Part shown: positions 58,549 to 64,000 of the stretch, piece by piece
Position numbering within the stretch: position 1 is the first letter of the stretch
Layout: each line of letters begins with the position of its first letter
NCBI GenBank assembly: GCA_963713825.1
Contig: CAVQNG010000001.1
Span: forward strand, 128,001-192,000
Direction of reading: 5' to 3'
DNA length: 64,000 nucleotides
Source of the DNA: an uncultured Acidobacteriota bacterium
Lineage (GTDB): Bacteria > Acidobacteriota > Thermoanaerobaculia > Multivoradales > JAHEKO01
Notes under the pieces: model-generated
Database searches by the model: none
Told to the model about the DNA's origin: nothing
The model's input: only the letters and a program-made list of their open reading frames with translations
Program-made: the position numbers and the translations under genes

Positions 58549-59367
58549 ATGGGGAACCTGATTCACTCGACTGCCATCATCGATCCGGAAGCGGATCTAG
58601 CAGACTCCGTGCGGGTGGGCGCTCATGCGGTCATCGGGCCCCAGGTCTCGGTCGGAGAGGATACGGAGATCGGTGCCGGGGCCCAAATTGGCGGCTACTC
58701 GAGGATAGGCAAGGGCAATCGCATTTTTCCGCAGGCCTGCGTGGGGTTCGAACCACAAGATCTCAAATTCGGCGGCGGTGAGACCTGGCTCGAGATCGGC
58801 GATCGAAATGTATTCCGCGAGTTCGTGACGATCCATCGCGGGACGGAGAACGGCGGTGCCGTGACAACCATCGGCGATGACAACTTGTTCATGGCCTATT
58901 CTCATGTCGCCCACGACTGTCACGTCGGTTGCCGAACGATCTTCAGCAATGCCGGTACTCTGGCCGGGCACGTCGAGATTCAGGACGATGCAACCTTGGG
59001 CGCTTTCAGCGCCGTCCACCAGTTCTGTCGCGTCGGTCGCTATGCCTATATCGGTGGTTTCTCGGTCATTACGAGAGATGCCTTGCCATGGGTCAAGACC
59101 GTAGGGCAGAAGCCGCTGTGCTACGGGGTCAACACGATTGGGCTGGAGCGCAAGGGGTTTGACAAGGCGACCATCGAGCGGCTGCAGTCCGCCATGCGGA
59201 TCCTGTTGAGGTCCGGTCTCAATACGACCAACGCGGTGAAGAAGCTGCGTGAAGAGTTGGGCGGTGATGCGGAAGTCGACTTTTTGATCGACTTCGTCGA
59301 AAGCTCGAAAAGGGGCGTAGTTACAGCCATCCCCGGCAGGCGGGGTGGAAGGGGAGGCGTCTCCTGA
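58549..59367 (+). CDS. lpxA: Acyl-ACP--UDP-N-acetylglucosamine O-acyltransferase
   Basis: IHSTAII, PQDLKF, REFVTIHRGT, HVAHDC, LAGHV, VHQF. Confidence 0.96.
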   Translation: MGNLIHSTAIIDPEADLADSVRVGAHAVIGPQVSVGEDTEIGAGAQIGGYSRIGKGNRIFPQACVGFEPQDLKFGGGETWLEIGDRNVFREFVTIHRGTENGGAVTTIGDDNLFMAYSHVAHDCHVGCRTIFSNAGTLAGHVEIQDDATLGAFSAVHQFCRVGRYAYIGGFSVITRDALPWVKTVGQKPLCYGVNTIGLERKGFDKATIERLQSAMRILLRSGLNTTNAVKKLREELGGDAEVDFLIDFVESSKRGVVTAIPGRRGGRGGVS

Positions 59368-59384
59368 ACCAATCTCGGGATGCG

Positions 59385-60299
59385 GTGAGGATCGGCGTCG
59401 TTGGCACCGGCGCCTTGGGGCGGCATCACGTTCGAATTCTGGCGGCAGATCCGGCCGCCGAGTTGGTGGGAATCTTCGATACGGATCGCAAGGTCGCAGA
59501 ACGAGTCGGCAACGAGTTCGGGGCTGAGGTCTTCGATGACCTCGACAGCCTTGCTGAGGGCTTGGAGGCTGCCGTGGTGGCTGTGCCGACTGTCGACCAC
59601 TGTGAGGTCGGCTGCAATTTGCTCGAGCGTGGAATCCACGTATTGGTCGAGAAGCCAATTGCCTCGACCTTGGAGGAGGCTGACCGTCTGGTAGCAGCCG
59701 CGGGCGATCGGGTTCTGGCCGTAGGCCACGTCGAGTACTTCAATCCGGCTGTTCAGCGGCTCATGGGGGTCGAAGGGCAGGCGGGCTTTGTGGAGATACA
59801 CAGGCTGGCAGTCTTTACGCCTCGAAGCCTGGACATCGATGTCGTGCTCGACCTGATGATCCACGACTTGCAGATTCTTCATGCACTGGACGACAGCCCG
59901 GTCTCCGAAGTGCGGGCGACGGGTATCAGTGTGCTCTCATCGAGAATCGACATCGCCAATGCCCGAGTGGCTCTGGAGTCCGGTTGCGTCGCCAACATCA
60001 CCGCATCGCGAGTCTCTTCGCAGAAAGTGCGGAAGTTGCGGGTCTTCTTTCCGGATCAGGGGTACTACTCAGTGGACTATCAGTGGCAGGAAGTGCAGGG
60101 ATTTCGACTGCAAGTGGGTGACGAGAGTCGAAATATCATTCCAGACCCGTTATTGGTGGAAAAGAGAGAGCCTCTCAAAGAGGAACTTGGAGCCTTTCTG
60201 GCGCGGTGCCGAGGTGAGGACTCGGCGCTGGTGGATGGCCGGCAAGGTCGACGGGCTCTGAAGACAGCCTTTCGAGTCCTGGAGGCCATTTCGGCCTGA
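59385..60299 (+). CDS. Gfo/Idh/MocA oxidoreductase, probably GnnA-like UDP-GlcNAc 3-dehydrogenase
   Basis: [38 protein letters not shown]; immediately after lpxA. Confidence 0.8.
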   Translation: MRIGVVGTGALGRHHVRILAADPAAELVGIFDTDRKVAERVGNEFGAEVFDDLDSLAEGLEAAVVAVPTVDHCEVGCNLLERGIHVLVEKPIASTLEEADRLVAAAGDRVLAVGHVEYFNPAVQRLMGVEGQAGFVEIHRLAVFTPRSLDIDVVLDLMIHDLQILHALDDSPVSEVRATGISVLSSRIDIANARVALESGCVANITASRVSSQKVRKLRVFFPDQGYYSVDYQWQEVQGFRLQVGDESRNIIPDPLLVEKREPLKEELGAFLARCRGEDSALVDGRQGRRALKTAFRVLEAISA

Positions 60300-60408
60300 C
60301 CTCGAACCAGATTCGGACCCGACTCGCTCTGGTGCTGCCAAGGCCCAGGGTATCCAGACAGTTGCTCTCGATAGGGAGTCTGACTTGGGAGCAGCGAAGG
60401 GAGACAAG

Positions 60409-61281
60409 ATGAGCGACATACGCATTGGAGTCATAGGAGGAAGCGGCCTTTATTCCATGGAGGGCCTGACGGTGGAGGAGGAGCGAGTGGTGGAGACGCC
60501 CTTCGGTGAGCCCTCCGATGCCTTCATTCTCGGAGATCTCGATGGTACGGGGGTCGCCTTTTTGGCCCGACACGGCAGGGGACACCGCTTGTTGCCTTCC
60601 GAGCTCAACTACAGAGCGAACATCTATGGATTCAAACTGCTCGGTGTAGAGCGTCTACTCTCGGTGAGTGCTGTCGGATCGATGAAGACCGAGTATCGTC
60701 CAACTGATATCGTCGTGCCCGATCAGTTCTTCGATCGCACGCGCCATCGAGCCGACACCTTTTTTGGGGACGGTCTCGTGGCCCATGTCTCCTTGGCGAA
60801 TCCAGTGTGCCCGGAATTGGCCGAGCTCTACTTCGAGTGCGCCAAGGAAGCTGGAGCGCGAAGCCATGGCGGGGGAACATATCTCTGCATGGAGGGACCT
60901 CAGTTCTCGACTCGTGCCGAGTCCGAGATCTACCGGCAATGGGGCGTGGACGTCATCGGGATGACCAATCTGCAGGAAGCCAAGCTGTCGCGAGAGGCGG
61001 AGATCTGCTATTCGACACTGGCGATGGTGACGGACTACGACTGCTGGCACGAGGAGGAGGAGGACGTCAACGGCCAGGCGGTCATGGAGGTCGTTCAGCA
61101 GAACGCCGCTACCGCGCAAGATGTGGTCCGGAGGGTCATTCGCAGGGTGCCGAGCGAGCGCACTTGCGGGTGCGCCGTGGCCCTGCAAAATGCGCTGATC
61201 ACCGAGTCGAGTCTGATCCCCCTCGAAACCAGGCAGCGGCTGGACCCAATCGTCGGCAAATACCTGGCCTCGAAAGACTGA
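60409..61281 (+). CDS. mtnP: S-methyl-5'-thioadenosine phosphorylase
   Basis: [49 protein letters not shown]. Confidence 0.93.
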   Translation: MSDIRIGVIGGSGLYSMEGLTVEEERVVETPFGEPSDAFILGDLDGTGVAFLARHGRGHRLLPSELNYRANIYGFKLLGVERLLSVSAVGSMKTEYRPTDIVVPDQFFDRTRHRADTFFGDGLVAHVSLANPVCPELAELYFECAKEAGARSHGGGTYLCMEGPQFSTRAESEIYRQWGVDVIGMTNLQEAKLSREAEICYSTLAMVTDYDCWHEEEEDVNGQAVMEVVQQNAATAQDVVRRVIRRVPSERTCGCAVALQNALITESSLIPLETRQRLDPIVGKYLASKD

Positions 61282-61286
61282 TATCG

Positions 61287-62054
61287 ATGGCCAGAATCCT
61301 GATCACCAACGACGATGGCGTCTTTTCGGAAGGCCTCAAGCTGCTGGCTGAGGCCCTCGGCGAGATCGCTGAGATTACCGTGGTGGCGCCCGACCGGGAG
61401 CAGAGTGCTACGGGGCACTCCTTGACCCTTCACCGTCCACTGCGGATGCAACAATTGCAGGAGAATTTCTTCTCGGTCGATGGAACGCCGACCGATTGCG
61501 TCAATCTCGGCGTGCTTTGGTTGATGAAGGACTCACCGCCGGATCTGGTGGCATCGGGGATCAACTTCGGCTGCAACATGGGAGACGACGTGACCTACTC
61601 GGGGACTGTCAGCGCGACCTTCGAGGGTACCTTGCTGGGCATTCCCTCGGTCGCTTTCAGTCAGGAGGTGGGCGAAGAATTCTCCTTCGAGAGGGCAGCC
61701 AAGTTCGCCCAACGCTTCACGGAGGTACTCCTGAAGGAGACCCTGCCGGAGGACCTGTTGCTGAATGTCAACATTCCGGCCGAGGCACCCTGTGGCGTGG
61801 AGCTCACTCGACTCGGGAAACGGAAGTACAAGCAGGTTGTCGTCGAGAAGGAAGACCCGCGAGGAAGGAAGTACTTCTGGATTGCCGGTACCCCCGAGTG
61901 GCAGAGAGAGGACGGCACCGACCATGCGGCGTTGTCGGCCGGCCAGGTGTCGGTGACGCCGCTCCACCTGGACCTGACGGATTATCGCGGCCTCGAATCC
62001 TACAACGAGCTGCGTCATCATTTCGACGGTTTGACCGAGGACCTCGACCGTTGA
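61287..62054 (+). CDS. surE: 5'/3'-nucleotidase
   Basis: ILITNDDG, VAPDREQS, GTPTDCV, SGIN.G.N.G.DV.YSGTV, VSVTPL. Confidence 0.95.
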   Translation: MARILITNDDGVFSEGLKLLAEALGEIAEITVVAPDREQSATGHSLTLHRPLRMQQLQENFFSVDGTPTDCVNLGVLWLMKDSPPDLVASGINFGCNMGDDVTYSGTVSATFEGTLLGIPSVAFSQEVGEEFSFERAAKFAQRFTEVLLKETLPEDLLLNVNIPAEAPCGVELTRLGKRKYKQVVVEKEDPRGRKYFWIAGTPEWQREDGTDHAALSAGQVSVTPLHLDLTDYRGLESYNELRHHFDGLTEDLDR

Positions 62055-62701
62055 AGCACGAGCTCACCTATCAGAGAGACCGGATGGTGCGGCTGGTTGA
62101 GGCGCGAGGTGTGCGCGACGCCCGGGTGCTGGGCGCCATGCGTGAGATTCCCCGGCACATGTTCGTGCCGGAGCACATGAAAACGCAGGCCTATGGCGAC
62201 CACGCACTGCCGATCGGCGCCAAACAGACGATCTCACAGCCGTACGTAGTTGCTCGTATGACCGAGCTTCTCAAAGTCGAGTCGGGTCATTCGGTACTCG
62301 AGGTTGGGACCGGGTCCGGGTATCAAACGGCCATTCTCTCGAAGTTGGCAAGACGCGTCTTCAGTCTCGAGCGCATCTCGGACCTGGCGCATCATGCCAT
62401 CGATCGAATGCGACAATTGGGCCTCGAGAATGTCAAAATCCAGACTTTCGATGGCACGGTGGGGTGGAGCGACATGGCCCCGTTCGATCGCATTCTCGTC
62501 ACCGCTGGAGCGCCGAAAGCCCCGCAGCCATTGCTCGAGCAACTGCGCCCAGGTGGACTCCTGCTCATTCCGGAGGGAGGGCGCGATGAACAAAGGCTGG
62601 TTGTGTATCGCAAGCTGCGGCAGGGCGTGCGCCGATCGGAAGGTGAGAGCGTGATGTTCGTGCCCTTGTTGGGACGCCACGGATGGGAAAAGGAGGAATA
62701 G
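62051..62701 (+). CDS. pcm: Protein-L-isoaspartate O-methyltransferase
   Basis: PRHMFVP, QTISQPYVVA, LEVGTGSGYQTA, APFDRI, FVPL. Confidence 0.95.
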   Translation: MKHELTYQRDRMVRLVEARGVRDARVLGAMREIPRHMFVPEHMKTQAYGDHALPIGAKQTISQPYVVARMTELLKVESGHSVLEVGTGSGYQTAILSKLARRVFSLERISDLAHHAIDRMRQLGLENVKIQTFDGTVGWSDMAPFDRILVTAGAPKAPQPLLEQLRPGGLLLIPEGGRDEQRLVVYRKLRQGVRRSEGESVMFVPLLGRHGWEKEE

Positions 62702-63346
62702 GTGAGTCTTCTCAGGGACCTTTGGCACGATCTGCATGGCCTGCTGAGTCAGCTCCTGCATTGGGTGGAGGCCTTCGCCGCCACCTCCTATGGAGGCTGG
62801 GCGCTTTTCGGACTGGCTTTTCTGGAGAGCAGCATTTTTCCTGTGCCGCCCGATGTCCTGTTGATCGCATTGTGCCTCGGCAGACCCGATCTGTCTTTCT
62901 GGTTCGCGGCGATCTGCGCCCTCGGCTCGGTGCTGGGTGGGATTGCGGGCTATGCGCTGGGGTACTACGGGGGTCGTCCCCTGTTGCTCAAGATGTTCGA
63001 TGTGGACAAGGTGCGGGCCGTGGAGCGCTACTACGACAAGTACAACGCCTGGGCTACCGGAATTGCTGGCCTGACACCACTGCCTTACAAGCTCTTTACG
63101 ATTTCGGGAGGAGCGTTCGCGATCAACTTCAAGGTCTTCCTTGTAGCGTCTGCCATCTCCCGTACGGCTCGTTTCATGATGGTCGCCGGTTTGATCTACG
63201 TACTGGGAGAGACCGCCAAGACCTTCATCGAGAAGTACCTCAATGTTCTGACCATCGCCTTTGTGGTGCTGCTGGTCTTGGGATTCTGGTTGATCGGTCG
63301 ATCGGCGACCAAGGCCGGCAACAGCACCGAGAGCAACGCAGGTTGA
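62702..63346 (+). CDS. YqaA family (DedA-like) membrane protein
   Basis: AFLESSIFPVPPDVLL, GSVLGG..GY, AGLTPLPYKLFTI. Confidence 0.9.
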   Translation: MSLLRDLWHDLHGLLSQLLHWVEAFAATSYGGWALFGLAFLESSIFPVPPDVLLIALCLGRPDLSFWFAAICALGSVLGGIAGYALGYYGGRPLLLKMFDVDKVRAVERYYDKYNAWATGIAGLTPLPYKLFTISGGAFAINFKVFLVASAISRTARFMMVAGLIYVLGETAKTFIEKYLNVLTIAFVVLLVLGFWLIGRSATKAGNSTESNAG

Positions 63347-63403
63347 AGCCTCGAATGGCACCGAGCGGCGCCAACTGAAGACAGGAATCGGAGAACAGGT
63401 ACC

Positions 63404-63919
63404 ATGGATCAGCTCAAGTCATACATCCGAGAAGTACCGGATTTCCCGAAGCCAGGGATTCTCTACTACGACATCACAACGCTGCTCGAAAACGCCCATG
63501 CCTTGCGCATGACGATCGATCAGTTTGTCTGGCTGTTTGCTGACTTGCACGTCGACAAGGTCGTCGGCATTGAATCTCGCGGTTTCATGTTCGGCTCGAT
63601 CGTGGCCTACAATCTCAACGCCGGCTTCGTGCCAATGCGCAAGCCGGGAAAGCTACCGGCGCACACTGTCGAGCAGACCTATGAGCTGGAGTATGGCGAA
63701 GACCGGCTCGAGATGCACAGCGATGGGATCGCTCCCGGAGAGCGGGTACTCATCGTCGACGACCTGATCGCGATCGGCGGCACAGCGGCGGCAGCCGCCC
63801 AACTCGTGGAGACAGTCGGTGGCGAAGTCGTGGGTTTGGGCTTTGTCGTCGAGTTGGGATTTCTCGAGGGGCGCAAAAAATTGGAGGGATATTCGGTTGA
63901 GTCCCTCATCAAGTACTAG
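63404..63919 (+). CDS. apt: Adenine phosphoribosyltransferase
   Basis: PDFPKPGI, GIESRGF, RKPGKLP, YELEYG, VDDLIA.GGT. Confidence 0.96.
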   Translation: MDQLKSYIREVPDFPKPGILYYDITTLLENAHALRMTIDQFVWLFADLHVDKVVGIESRGFMFGSIVAYNLNAGFVPMRKPGKLPAHTVEQTYELEYGEDRLEMHSDGIAPGERVLIVDDLIAIGGTAAAAAQLVETVGGEVVGLGFVVELGFLEGRKKLEGYSVESLIKY

Positions 63920-63981
63920 ACGGATCGCCGCTTCCAGTGTGGCCAGCGAGTAGAAGAGTGCGTATAATCTGGCGTTCGTCG

Positions 63982-64000
63982 GCGGCTGTAGCTCAGCTGG
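63982..64000 (+). tRNA. 5' end of a tRNA cut by the window edge; isotype undetermined
   Basis: GCGGCTGTAGCTCAGCTGG matches tRNA positions 1-19; TATAAT box at 63963-63968. Confidence 0.8.

Noticed and set aside
60807-61286. Long N-terminal extensions of surE (and similarly pcm, lysS, hisS, suhB, the PilB-like ATPase) in the ORF track
   Set aside because: The extensions overlap upstream genes or promoters; family homology starts at the downstream start codons used above.

Overview
GC-rich bacterial chromosome segment. The gene content and order (smc, pyrRBC, aroC, hisS-aspS-aroB, ftsY, lysS-lolC-lolD-clpC-bamA-skp-lpxD-fabZ-lpxA, mtnP-surE-pcm-apt) fit a diderm such as an Acidobacterium; this taxonomic call is inference only. 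Positions ~18,600-64,000 are mostly housekeeping genes. Positions 1-18,500, lying off the 3' end of tRNA-Thr(CGT), look like an accessory island with IS remnants, a gene fragment and a decayed tRNA-Ser att-like copy. The island holds two candidate novel biosynthetic systems. (1) A three-gene cluster at 2368-8543: StrB-like amidinotransferase, a membrane-anchored Pls-type single-module NRPS whose A-domain pocket does not look lysine-specific, and an Sfp-type PPTase; it may make a guanidinylated homo-poly(amino acid) or surface modification. (2) A three-gene cluster at 15150-18053: B12-dependent radical SAM enzyme, a 67-aa peptide ending in a double-glycine motif plus a 12-aa Gln/Lys-containing tail, and a transglutaminase-like/FN3 protein; it may be a RiPP system. 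Smaller observations include tandem NrdR-like boxes over the smc promoter, a divergent bactofilin-like gene beside an M23 peptidase, a Tat-signal polycationic peptide, a radical-SAM-remnant/PolX-HhH hybrid, and several apparently leaderless genes. All calls come from reading motifs by eye; no database searches were run.
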